Shown here: one piece after another, positions 30,316-39,178 of the stretch
How the letters are laid out: each line of letters starts with the position of its first letter
Position numbering within the stretch: position 1 is the stretch's first letter
Source: Longimicrobiales bacterium
GTDB taxonomy: Bacteria; Gemmatimonadota; Gemmatimonadetes; Longimicrobiales; Gaopeijiaceae
Assembly: GCA_965248195.1 (NCBI GenBank)
Contig: CBDFIQ010000001.1
Span: forward strand, 1,248,001 to 1,312,000
DNA: 64,000 bases
Direction: 5' to 3'
Notes under the pieces: generated by a model
The model's database searches: none
What the model was told of the DNA's origin: nothing
What the model saw: the letters and a program-made list of their open reading frames with translations, nothing else
Program-made: the position numbers and the translations under genes

Positions 30316-31659
30316 CTAGCCGCCGCCCTGCTGCGCGACCGTCTGGACCTCTCTTTCAGCCTTGAGCGTCTCGTAACCCTCATCGTCGAGGTGAGTTACG
30401 GCTATCCAGGCATGCGACATCTCGTCGGCCGTGCGGCTGCCCCGCCCGACCCAAACCTCCGGATCGGGGTTGTACGGATTGTTTTCCGTATTGTCATACC
30501 ATGCGGTGAGGATCATGACCGCACCCGCGGGCACCAACGGCGCCACATCCTCTTCGTACAGGTGGCTCAGGTGCCAATGTGCACTCCAATTGGAGATCAT
30601 ACTCACCATCTCCCGCTCGCCCGTCTCCGGGTAGAAGATCTCCAAGGACTTAGCGACCAGCCTCAGGTGCCCGTGTGGCTGGAAGCTGTCGATACGGACC
30701 GGGTGGTCCCACGTGTGGAACCCCTGGGTCATCGCAGTCCCGTGGGGGGCAATATCGAGGTCGCCCTGTAAGGCGTAACTGCGCAAACTCTGCTCATGCT
30801 CGGGCTCATAACCCTCGGGATAAAGCCAGAAGCCGACCGACATCACGTCGTCCACGACCTCTTCGCCCATGGGGTAGAGGTGGATGCTCCAGCGCACATA
30901 GGAGTCGACAGGAAGCAGCCGTGCGGCGTCACTCGGGACAATCTCCCCGAGTTTTCCAAGCGCGTATTCGGTGAAACGACCACGCTGGCTCTTCAACTCA
31001 CCGTCTTCCATGACGCTCATGGTGGTGTTGGCGTGGTGCACGACCTTACGGCCCTCCACGGAAGGCTTGACCTCGATGGCCCTGATATACCGAGGCGTAG
31101 TGTTCCCGATGGGAACGAGGGGCTCCCACCACAGGTCTTGGCCGTCGGCCGGAACCGTAATGGGCTTCGACTCGACCACGATGTCCGGCTCGCCGTAGTC
31201 GTACTCGGTCTTCAGCCGCCAATCGCCGAGGTCAGCGAACCTCCGGGGCGGGGGCAGGTCCGCCAGGTCGCCCTCGACGGCGCCCTGGTCGACCCACTGG
31301 GCGATCGTCTCGATATCTTCCGGAGACAGACGCATGTCACCCTTCAGGGCCTGAATGCCTACATCGGTATCGTAATGATACGGCGGCATTTGCTGCGTGG
31401 TCACCTTGAGCTTGATCAGCGGTGCGTACAGCTTCGCCTGCTCGTAGGTAATCAGAGACATGGGCCCGATCGAGCCATCCCGATGGCACAGCTGACAGTT
31501 CTGCTGAAGAATCGGGGCTACGTCCCTCGTGAACGTGACGTGAGCCATCTCTTGGGAGAGGGCCTGTCCGTGAAAGGATGCGAGGGCGACGCTGACCACC
31601 GCGGGCACGCTAGCCCAGCCAACTCTCCGCCTCCATGAATCGGATCTCTTCTCTCTCAT
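30316..31659 (-). CDS. Heme c-fused copper type II monooxygenase (PHM/DBH-like), copy 2
   Basis: Same motifs as copy 1; about 19 aa differences in 447 by manual comparison. Confidence 0.85.
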   Translation of the reverse strand: MREKRSDSWRRRVGWASVPAVVSVALASFHGQALSQEMAHVTFTRDVAPILQQNCQLCHRDGSIGPMSLITYEQAKLYAPLIKLKVTTQQMPPYHYDTDVGIQALKGDMRLSPEDIETIAQWVDQGAVEGDLADLPPPRRFADLGDWRLKTEYDYGEPDIVVESKPITVPADGQDLWWEPLVPIGNTTPRYIRAIEVKPSVEGRKVVHHANTTMSVMEDGELKSQRGRFTEYALGKLGEIVPSDAARLLPVDSYVRWSIHLYPMGEEVVDDVMSVGFWLYPEGYEPEHEQSLRSYALQGDLDIAPHGTAMTQGFHTWDHPVRIDSFQPHGHLRLVAKSLEIFYPETGEREMVSMISNWSAHWHLSHLYEEDVAPLVPAGAVMILTAWYDNTENNPYNPDPEVWVGRGSRTADEMSHAWIAVTHLDDEGYETLKAEREVQTVAQQGGG

Positions 31660-31715
31660 CTTCCTCTCCTTTTATGCGGCAGGATCGTCATTGCCGTCAG
31701 CATCCCAACTCGCGA

Positions 31716-33782
31716 TTACGGTAGCCGCAGTGCCACCAGCGCCGCAGGGGTCCGTCCGCCGGTCTGCACCACGATGAACTGTTTCCCTTCGTGCATGTAC
31801 GTCATCATGCCGTACTGGCCGGCGCCTGGCAGATCGATGGTCCCCAAGCGCTCACCCGTCAGCTTGTCCACGGCATGGAGACGCGCCTCACCACCCCCGC
31901 CCTCGGCCGTCAACAGCAGCGTCTTCGTGACCATCGTGATGGCCTTCGAGGTCTGGCCGGTGTTAGGCAGGTCCACCCCTTGCAGTGCCGGATGGTTCCT
32001 GATTCGCTCGGGCGTGTCCCCGTTGGGGATCCACCAAAGGTGCTCCCCCGTGTTCATGTCGATGGCCGTGATCCGGCCGTAAGGGGGCTTCATTATCGGA
32101 AGGCCTTGAGGGCCCCTGAAGTCTCCGCGATCGATGACGGCATATCCCGAGTATGTCGTGCCCGTGGTCATGAAGTTGTCGGGTTCATCGATGTCGCGGC
32201 CGGGGACGAGCCTTTCGGATCTGCACCCCTTGTTGGACGACACATAGAGGATCCCGGTCTCCGGATCAGCGGATGTCGGACCCGGGATGTTGGTCGCGCC
32301 CGACGGACAGCTGACGAACGAGCGTAGGCCGGATGGATGGCCCACCTGGATCGGCGGGTTAAAGATGGGTCCGATCCGGTAGTTCTGAATGATCCCAAGT
32401 GCATCTAGGCGGAGCTCGGGCGTGAAGTCGATCAGCTGGTCCTCGGTGAGCCCCTGCTCTTCGTACGCCAGCGGCCACGTGGGAAAAGGCTGGGTGAGAG
32501 ACAGTTGCTCACCGGGAACCTCAGACTGGGGCACCGGGCGTTCCTCGATGGGCCAAATCGGCTCGCCGGTCTCCCGGTTGAAGGTGTAGGCCCAGCCCTG
32601 CTTGGTGGTCTGGACCAGGATCGGCGTCGGCTCTCCGTCCACCGTGACGTCCAGCAGGACCGGGGCGGTGGGATTGTCGAAGTTCCAGATGTCGTGATGA
32701 ACGGTCTGGAAATGCCACACTCGCTCTCCAGTCTGGACGTCGAGGGCGATGACGCTTGTGCCGAACAGGTTGTCTCCCGGGCGGAAGCCGCCATAGAAGT
32801 CTATCGTGGGCGGGTTGGTGGGAACATACACAATGCCCAGCTCGGGGTCGGCCGACATGGGGGCCCACGACGAGACATCCCCAGTGGTCAGCCATGCGCC
32901 GTTCTCCCACGTGTCATGGCCGAATTCGCCCGGCCTCGGGATGACGTGGAATTTCCACAGGAACTCACCGGTCCGGGCATCGTAGCCCATGATGTCGCCT
33001 GGAACGTTCTCGGTTCGCGTCTGGTTGTACCCCTGTTCGTGGGAATTACCTACCACTATCACGTTGTTCACCACGATGGGCGGCGACGAACTGGTCACCA
33101 TCCCGATTTCCCGGGGGATTCCTGCGTAATGGTCGAGCGGCTGGCCGAGCTCCTCAAAGGGAAGCCAGTCCCTGACCAGATCTTCCAACGCGTCCACGAC
33201 CCCGGTCTCAGGAAAGCCCTCTATCGGTACGGGCCTTCCGAATCCCTCCAGGTGCTGGCCGGTCTTGGCGTCGAGTGCGTGGAGGAAGAAGCCGGGAGTC
33301 GTGATGTAGATCACCCCGCGGCCATCGACCTCGGCGTAGGTAACTCCCTTTCCATAGTTCTGCCGCATGGAGCGCTCAAACCGAAACGTGTTGGGCTCGC
33401 GGTATGTCCAAAGGATTTCACCCGTAGCAGCGTCCATGGCGACCAACTGTCGCCGCGAGCTGACAGCCGTGTAGAGGATGCCGTCGACGAAGGTTGGCGT
33501 GGACTTGGAGGCGAAGGTGACCGTGGGGGCAAAGTTGTCCGCTCGCCAGATCCAAGCGACCTCCAGATCCTCGAAGTTGCTGGCGTCGATCTGGTCCAGG
33601 GGCGAATACCGCGTATGGGCCGCGTCCCCACCCAGGTAGTGCCATTCTCCGTTCTCCGTCCCAGGTCCACCCTGCCCGACGAGGGAAGCCGGTGCTGCCA
33701 GCAGAACGCTGAATGCGAGGGCAAGATACAATCCATTTGTACTCTGTCTGAGCTGTGGCTGGTCTCCTCTGGACATCTTCAT
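31716..33782 (-). CDS. PQQ-dependent dehydrogenase, paralog of 24347..26404
   Basis: RYSPLDQIDASN, WHFQTVHHDIWNFD, KPPYGRITAIDMNTGEHLW; GAGGAG RBS. Confidence 0.9.
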   Translation of the reverse strand: MKMSRGDQPQLRQSTNGLYLALAFSVLLAAPASLVGQGGPGTENGEWHYLGGDAAHTRYSPLDQIDASNFEDLEVAWIWRADNFAPTVTFASKSTPTFVDGILYTAVSSRRQLVAMDAATGEILWTYREPNTFRFERSMRQNYGKGVTYAEVDGRGVIYITTPGFFLHALDAKTGQHLEGFGRPVPIEGFPETGVVDALEDLVRDWLPFEELGQPLDHYAGIPREIGMVTSSSPPIVVNNVIVVGNSHEQGYNQTRTENVPGDIMGYDARTGEFLWKFHVIPRPGEFGHDTWENGAWLTTGDVSSWAPMSADPELGIVYVPTNPPTIDFYGGFRPGDNLFGTSVIALDVQTGERVWHFQTVHHDIWNFDNPTAPVLLDVTVDGEPTPILVQTTKQGWAYTFNRETGEPIWPIEERPVPQSEVPGEQLSLTQPFPTWPLAYEEQGLTEDQLIDFTPELRLDALGIIQNYRIGPIFNPPIQVGHPSGLRSFVSCPSGATNIPGPTSADPETGILYVSSNKGCRSERLVPGRDIDEPDNFMTTGTTYSGYAVIDRGDFRGPQGLPIMKPPYGRITAIDMNTGEHLWWIPNGDTPERIRNHPALQGVDLPNTGQTSKAITMVTKTLLLTAEGGGGEARLHAVDKLTGERLGTIDLPGAGQYGMMTYMHEGKQFIVVQTGGRTPAALVALRLP

Positions 33783-33795
33783 TCGCTCCTCAACA

Positions 33796-33852
33796 GATTA
33801 GAAGGAACTCTTCCGGGCCGCGATTAGAAGGAACTCTTCCGGGCCGCGATTA
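33796..33852. repeat. 26-nt perfect tandem repeat x2 in predicted 5' UTR
   Basis: GATTAGAAGGAACTCTTCCGGGCCGC at 33796 and 33822, plus GATTA. Confidence 0.92.
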
Positions 33853-33855
33853 AGC

Positions 33856-33884
33856 AGAATACGAGCCCTACCAAAGGGCGTCAA
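33856..33884 (-). promoter_or_regulatory. Sigma70-type promoter for PQQ dehydrogenase / monooxygenase operon
   Basis: Minus strand TTGACG-17 nt-TATTCT. Confidence 0.7.
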
Positions 33885-33903
33885 GATAACATAGGGGTGT
33901 CCC

Positions 33904-33932
33904 TTGCCCCCTCCAGGAGCCGAGTGCATACT
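33904..33932 (+). promoter_or_regulatory. Divergent sigma70-type promoter candidate
   Basis: TTGCCC-17 nt-CATACT, back-to-back with the minus-strand promoter. Confidence 0.45.
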
Positions 33933-34067
33933 CTTCCAGTCGGGACGTCGCAGAGACGTCCAAACGTTCCACGCGCATGGACCCAGACGCAGGCACTTCC
34001 CGCCGTGGCTGACGTCATCGGCGAGTCCGCAGGACTATACTAAGCGCATTCAACAGGCAGGGACGAG

Positions 34068-34250
34068 ATGAAAGTCGATCGAGGACCGATCCTCGCCGCG
34101 GTGGTGACTGCGGTGGTTGTGAGCCTGGCAGCATGTGTCTCACCTTTTGAGCCCGAGAGTGAGCCGGAGGAGGTGCTAGAGGAAGACCAAACGGATTTTA
34201 GAGTGGTTCAAGTCTACTCCGGCAGGATACTGGTTCTCCTGCTCTCTTAG
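34068..34250 (+). CDS. Small putative lipoprotein (60 aa)
   Basis: Basic N-terminus, hydrophobic core, LAAC lipobox, acidic stretch. Confidence 0.55.
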   Translation: MKVDRGPILAAVVTAVVVSLAACVSPFEPESEPEEVLEEDQTDFRVVQVYSGRILVLLLS

Positions 34251-34297
34251 CACCACAGAATCTGCTGCGCTTCCGCCCCGCTTGCCCAGTACACATT

Positions 34298-34341
34298 TCG
34301 TGGACGCTTGTGCTGCGGCTCGTGGACGCTTGTGCTGCGGC
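34298..34341. repeat. 22-nt perfect tandem repeat x2
   Basis: TCGTGGACGCTTGTGCTGCGGC twice. Confidence 0.9.
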
Positions 34342-34403
34342 GGGCTCTTCGGAACAACTCACCTCCCTTGCTGCACCCTAATGCGCAACTCCACACCGAG
34401 TGG

Positions 34404-34437
34404 CGTGGACCGCGCCCGAGTTAGGGCGCGGTCCACG
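34404..34437. terminator. Perfect 14-bp hairpin with NHL gene stop codon in its loop
   Basis: CGTGGACCGCGCCC-GAGTTA-GGGCGCGGTCCACG. Confidence 0.6.
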
Positions 34438-35557
34438 GCAGGGCCAAGTGCGTGTGGTCAGCACCTGGTCGGGGCCGCATCTTTTGCGCACGGCCGGCGA
34501 ACGTCTCCGCCCAGTAGAGATTCCCTTCGGTATCCATGTGAAACCCGTGGATTCCCCAGTTGAACCCGGGCGCCAACCCGTACGTACCAAACGCGTAGAT
34601 CAGCTTCCCGGTGAGGTCGTACTTCAACATCTTGTTGGTCACCCCGTCGGCGACCCAGAGATACCCGTCCGAGGACATCTGGAGGACGTACGGCGAATTG
34701 ATGTCCGGCCACACATCCAGGAAGTTGCCATTCTCGTCAAAGACTTGAATTCGACTGTTTGAGCGGTCGGCGACATACACACGCCCGTTCTGGTCGGCGG
34801 CAATCCCGTGAGGCAGGTTGAACTGGCCAGGACCCGTGCCGGGCTCGCCCCAGGCCATGACGAAGTCGCCGTTCCCGTCAAACTTCACGACGCGGGTGTT
34901 CACGTACCCGTCGCTGACGAAAGTCGAGCCGTCGGGGAGGAAGGCGATAGCGGTCGGCCGGTTGAAGTGGGTGTCGTCGTTCCCGGGCTCCAGTCGCTGG
35001 CCGAGGGTGAGGACCAGCTCTTCACCGTCATTGGTGAACTTGAAAACCTGGTGGAGCTGGTCGTCCACCACCCAAACGTGTTTTTCGGGATCGTACGGGT
35101 TGATGGCCACCTGGTGCGGTCCACGCCCACCCGGGAATAAGTGGTCCCACTGCTCCCAGCTCTCTATGATCTTGCCGCTGGCATCGACGACGTAGATGCA
35201 GTTGACGAATCGATTGCCACCGATCGCACGGTTGCCAGGGGTTGCGGCGATGGCGTCCCAGCCTGGCTCGACCCCTTCCGGCCTGGGGAGCTCGCCCCGC
35301 TGCACCACGAAGATCCTGTCCGGCGACTCCGCGAAGATGCCCGTGGTGGCGCCCCAGACCCAGTCTTCATGACCGGGCAGCGGCTGCGGCCAGTTGGTCT
35401 GGACCTCGTAGGGACCGTTCAGGTACGGGTCTTCGCCCCCTTTCTCCTGTTCCCCAGCGGAGGTGTCCAGATTCGCGGCTGGCGAGTCACCGCCACACGC
35501 CGACAACGAACCAAGCAGTAGGACCACGGTGAACGTAATCATCGATGAGCGCGCCAT
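34421..35557 (-). CDS. NHL-repeat PAL-like lipoprotein with complete PAL-type catalytic set
   Basis: Lipobox LSAC; QRG, GPHQ, SDGYVNTR, LPHG, ADRSNSRIQ, GIHG; AAGGA RBS before ATG 35557. Confidence 0.88.
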   Translation of the reverse strand: MARSSMITFTVVLLLGSLSACGGDSPAANLDTSAGEQEKGGEDPYLNGPYEVQTNWPQPLPGHEDWVWGATTGIFAESPDRIFVVQRGELPRPEGVEPGWDAIAATPGNRAIGGNRFVNCIYVVDASGKIIESWEQWDHLFPGGRGPHQVAINPYDPEKHVWVVDDQLHQVFKFTNDGEELVLTLGQRLEPGNDDTHFNRPTAIAFLPDGSTFVSDGYVNTRVVKFDGNGDFVMAWGEPGTGPGQFNLPHGIAADQNGRVYVADRSNSRIQVFDENGNFLDVWPDINSPYVLQMSSDGYLWVADGVTNKMLKYDLTGKLIYAFGTYGLAPGFNWGIHGFHMDTEGNLYWAETFAGRAQKMRPRPGADHTHLALPWTAP

Positions 35558-35774
35558 GAGTGACATCCTTTCGCACGTGATCAGGCGACTTCGACCCCGT
35601 TCGTACTGAGCCCGATGGGTCATCAAGAACCAGCTCAATACTATCCTCGTGTGCTCGATAGGGATAGGCAAGATCGGGGCCGGTAGCGCACGCCGCGCTC
35701 CTGTGATGCCTATACGTAACTCCGAGTGCCCGTCGAGCGCCTTGGACCCCGCACCTCACTTCAAAAGACCGGGC

Positions 35775-37058
35775 TCACTCGTTGATGGAGCTCAGGATCA
35801 GCTCGATGAATTCGCTAAAATGCTGCCCTTCGATCCAACGGACCACGACCAGCAGGTCGTTCTCCTGGTCGACGTAGATCCGGTTTATTCCGGCGCCGGA
35901 GTGCCAAAACGCCGTCTCCGGCGCGGCTGGCACCGCGCGACGGCCGGTGTTCAGGCTGAAGTTCATGAAGCCGTAACCCGGATTCACTTGCCCCGGCGTG
36001 CGCGCCATGGCAAGCCACTCTTCGGAAATGATCTTGCGATCCTTCCAGTGTCCGTCACGCAGCGTCAAGTATCCGAAACGGGCCATATCCCGGGCGCTGA
36101 TCATCATGCCCCCGCCGTAATGCGCTCCGCCCGCCACGGACTGCATCTGCATCCCATCGATGACCACCCACGAGTTCTCATAGCCGAACCAGCGCCACGT
36201 GTTGGACGCACCGATCGGATCCATCACGTACTCCTTCAGCACCTGCGGAAGGGGGCGCCGCCACACTTGCAGTGTTGCTAACGCTAGAGCGTTCACCCGT
36301 ACATCGCTGTACTTGTAAACCGCTCCCGGCTCGTTCCTCGGGCGGTTGATCCATTCCTCGACCACCTGCAGACCTTCGCTTTCCTCGGGACGGTCCGCCC
36401 AGTCAGGGAGGTCCCACATGACTCCCTCCCAGTCGCTCGTCTGCCGTAGCATGTGGTCCCAGGTGATCTTCCGATTGTGCTGCGTATCGAACGGCGCCAA
36501 CGGACGGAGCTCGTCGATTCGGCTCCAGTTGCCTTGGACGGGGCGGGCCGGCAAAGCCCGAACGATCGGTGCCATATATTCGTGGACCGGGTCGTGGACA
36601 CTGCGGATCATGGCCCGATCATGCGCAAGGCCCACGACGGAGGAGAGGAAACTTTTCGTAACACTTTGGGTGATATCTACCCGCTCTGGCTCGCCCCACT
36701 CAGCGACGATGTACCCGTGCCGTACGATCATGCCCGTTGGCTCGCCCCGGTTCCCCATCGGGCCAACCAGCTGATATAGGGGCTGGTGGTTTCTGCGTGC
36801 CTGATAGAAAGGGAGATCCCTGCCTCTGCCTTCGTTGGCGGGATCGGTGGCAACGTCGATTGCTGCCCGGATCAGATCGGCATTCATCCCGACCTCCTCG
36901 GGACGCCGGGTTTCCCAGTCGGGTCCCGGCCCGGGAAAGTATACCGACTGTTGAGTTGCAGCCGACTTCGCCGTGATCAGGAGCGCTGCCACGGTCAAGA
37001 CCGGAGTCAGACCGGCCAGGAATCTCGTTGAGCGAAGGCATCTCGTATCTGCACTCAT
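35775..37058 (-). CDS. Serine hydrolase, beta-lactamase/AmpC-related family, exported
   Basis: SxxK (QSVTKS), YSD, HSGAG motifs; GGAGGAG RBS. Confidence 0.88.
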   Translation of the reverse strand: MSADTRCLRSTRFLAGLTPVLTVAALLITAKSAATQQSVYFPGPGPDWETRRPEEVGMNADLIRAAIDVATDPANEGRGRDLPFYQARRNHQPLYQLVGPMGNRGEPTGMIVRHGYIVAEWGEPERVDITQSVTKSFLSSVVGLAHDRAMIRSVHDPVHEYMAPIVRALPARPVQGNWSRIDELRPLAPFDTQHNRKITWDHMLRQTSDWEGVMWDLPDWADRPEESEGLQVVEEWINRPRNEPGAVYKYSDVRVNALALATLQVWRRPLPQVLKEYVMDPIGASNTWRWFGYENSWVVIDGMQMQSVAGGAHYGGGMMISARDMARFGYLTLRDGHWKDRKIISEEWLAMARTPGQVNPGYGFMNFSLNTGRRAVPAAPETAFWHSGAGINRIYVDQENDLLVVVRWIEGQHFSEFIELILSSINE

Positions 37059-37205
37059 GGGTCTCCTCCGTAAGTGTGGCTCTCCGAAAAATGCCGAACC
37101 GCTCCCGCGACGGGGGCTCGCAGCGAGAAGCGGGGAAAATGCCGATCTATAGCGCTGGCATCAGCCTGTGGTGGCGGCCATACGAGAGAGCGGGGCCGGC
37201 GTCCG

Positions 37206-37239
37206 GTGGGGGCTGGGTTCGTTCGAACCCAGCCCCCAC
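37206..37239. terminator. Perfect 16-bp inverted repeat
   Basis: GTGGGGGCTGGGTTCG-TT-CGAACCCAGCCCCCAC between two minus-strand genes. Confidence 0.65.
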
Positions 37240-37299
37240 GGTCGTGCGCCGGGATGTGGACCGACGCATCGATGCTGAACCCAGCTCCACCGGCCTCCG

Positions 37300-39084
37300 T
37301 TAGGGAGCCAGCGGCTCGATATGAACGATCTGGCCTTGGTGGTTCTTACCGACCCACAAGCTGCTGGGGAGCCCGTCTCTCTCGGGCTCCTGCACATAGA
37401 CGTGGCGCATGTTGGCTTCCCAGTGTTCGGGGTCCTTCGGGAGGCGGTAGAAGTTCCACTCTCCCGTCTCTTCATTCATCCGCCCGACATGGTCGGCGGA
37501 TTCCGAGTTCACCCAGACATAGCCGTCGTCCCCGCCCTGCGCCATGTAGGGATAAAACCAGGGCCTCGGCACGGGGAACAGCTCGATCGCCTTCTCGGCG
37601 GGCAGGCTCGGGTCGAGCTTTCCGATGTAGTTGCCGTCGTACCCAGCGAACCACGCGCGGTCCTGGCTATCGAAAAGGCCTCGCCGGCTGCCGCCCCCGA
37701 AGGCCGTTTCACCGCGGGGCTCCTCGGGGATCGGATAATAGGTGACTTCGAGGGTCTTAGCATCCACCCGCCAGAACTCCGTGCTTCCCCGGCCGGCACC
37801 GTACACGTTGTTCTTGGAGTCCGGGTAGAAATCATATGCAGATAGCCTCCTCTCCGTGGGCACGGGCGTCCCCGTCCACTCCCCATCCCCAAGGAGCTGC
37901 GCCTGTTGCAGCTGGCCCCCACTGTTGAACCAAACGTTGCCGTCCACGTGCATGGATTGGGGCGCCACGAAGGAACCGGTACCTGGATAGTACTCGAACG
38001 TCTCCGACTCCGTGTCGAAGACGACGAAGTACCCCGCTCCGCCCCTATAACCCGGGGGCGAAAGGTAGAATTTGCCCTGCCCATCGGGCTGTATGGTTCG
38101 ATTGCCGACGGGTACCATCGGCCCTTCCTCGGCCAGCTCTGGGAACAGATCCACCGGATCCGGGAGCGTCCACTCGACCGTTTCGCCAGTCTCGGGGTCC
38201 AGCTTCCCGATCACGTTGTCGTTGAAATCGTTGTAGTAGATCCATCCATCCGGCCCCATCTGCACATCGTGGGGCTTAGCCGCCACCCGAGGCAGGTCGT
38301 ACGTGGTGTAGATCACGTTCGTCTCGTCGCCGGTGGCTCGCGGAAACGACTTGAGGGGGTACTGCCAAGGACCGTTACTCAAATTGATCGCCGAAACGAC
38401 TTCGGCCTGCAGGCGCTCGAAGCCGGATGGCGGCCGCGCCATCACTCCGCCTTCTCTTCCCCAGTTGGCGACCTGGTTCCGTCGCATTTGGAAGGTCACC
38501 GGCGTAGTGCCGATCCAGTAGGTGTTGGGGGTCATTCGCTGCATGACATGCAGAAGCTGCTCCTCGTTAAATCTCGACATTGCCGGCTTCAGCTGCCCAT
38601 GACAACGGACACAATCCTTCATTGTAGTGAAGATCGTTTCGTCGGGTATTGGATAGCTCATCCACCATTCCGCGCTCGACATCTGCAGGGCCTTCTCCAG
38701 CTGCATGGCCTCCTCCAGGTGCAGATCCTTCACAGCCGAGGGAGCCTCCTCCGTTACCTCCACGACCCTCGTCGAGGGTCGGAGCACGTAACCCGCTGCC
38801 TGGATCTGGAGGGTGTACTCGCCCGGCTCCAGCCTGTCCCGGGGGAAACTGTAAACACCGGTGGCATCGCTCACGACGGTGACCGTGAAGCTGGAGTTCT
38901 CCCGTCTGGCATTTACGAGCACTCCCTCCATGCGACCTTCCGGGGACGAGGTCACCGACCCCGTCAGAGCGGGAGTCGTCGACTGAGCGTGGACGGCCTG
39001 GTGGCCCGGCCAGATCGCCAGTCCCGCCAAAATCGCTCCGATCATCCCCGTCGCAATCCCCTTGACTGGCTTCTTCGTAATCAC
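37300..39084 (-). CDS. Carboxypeptidase-regulatory-like + heme c + virginiamycin B lyase (Vgb)-like propeller fusion
   Basis: MEGVLVNAR, CVRCH, KPHDVQMGPDGWIYYND, IGKLDPETGETVEW repeats. Confidence 0.8.
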   Translation of the reverse strand: MITKKPVKGIATGMIGAILAGLAIWPGHQAVHAQSTTPALTGSVTSSPEGRMEGVLVNARRENSSFTVTVVSDATGVYSFPRDRLEPGEYTLQIQAAGYVLRPSTRVVEVTEEAPSAVKDLHLEEAMQLEKALQMSSAEWWMSYPIPDETIFTTMKDCVRCHGQLKPAMSRFNEEQLLHVMQRMTPNTYWIGTTPVTFQMRRNQVANWGREGGVMARPPSGFERLQAEVVSAINLSNGPWQYPLKSFPRATGDETNVIYTTYDLPRVAAKPHDVQMGPDGWIYYNDFNDNVIGKLDPETGETVEWTLPDPVDLFPELAEEGPMVPVGNRTIQPDGQGKFYLSPPGYRGGAGYFVVFDTESETFEYYPGTGSFVAPQSMHVDGNVWFNSGGQLQQAQLLGDGEWTGTPVPTERRLSAYDFYPDSKNNVYGAGRGSTEFWRVDAKTLEVTYYPIPEEPRGETAFGGGSRRGLFDSQDRAWFAGYDGNYIGKLDPSLPAEKAIELFPVPRPWFYPYMAQGGDDGYVWVNSESADHVGRMNEETGEWNFYRLPKDPEHWEANMRHVYVQEPERDGLPSSLWVGKNHQGQIVHIEPLAP

Positions 39085-39100
39085 GGCGACATCTCCTTGT

Positions 39101-39134
39101 TTGTGAGAAGCATCCTATATTGTGAGAAGCATCC
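39101..39134. repeat. 19-nt period tandem repeat just upstream of RBS
   Basis: TTGTGAGAAGCATCC at 39101 and 39120. Confidence 0.85.
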
Positions 39135-39178
39135 CCGGGGTGGTAGTTAGGAAGGTACGCGGGGGCTCTCGACTTGCG

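Larger units (their letters stand above)
30186..31690. repeat. Copy 2 of ~1.5 kb segmental duplication
   Basis: Near-identical to 27368..28876. Confidence 0.95.

Noticed and set aside
32505..33827. Long antisense ORFs (also 37906..39150, 45175..46383, 16399..17412, 23325..24317, 50242..51240)
   Set aside because: Shadow frames of high-GC genes with no motifs
35775..39084. Antibiotic resistance cassette (beta-lactamase + virginiamycin lyase)
   Set aside because: Only fold-level similarity; the hydrolase lacks the canonical YxN and KTG motifs and the Vgb-like protein is a heme fusion
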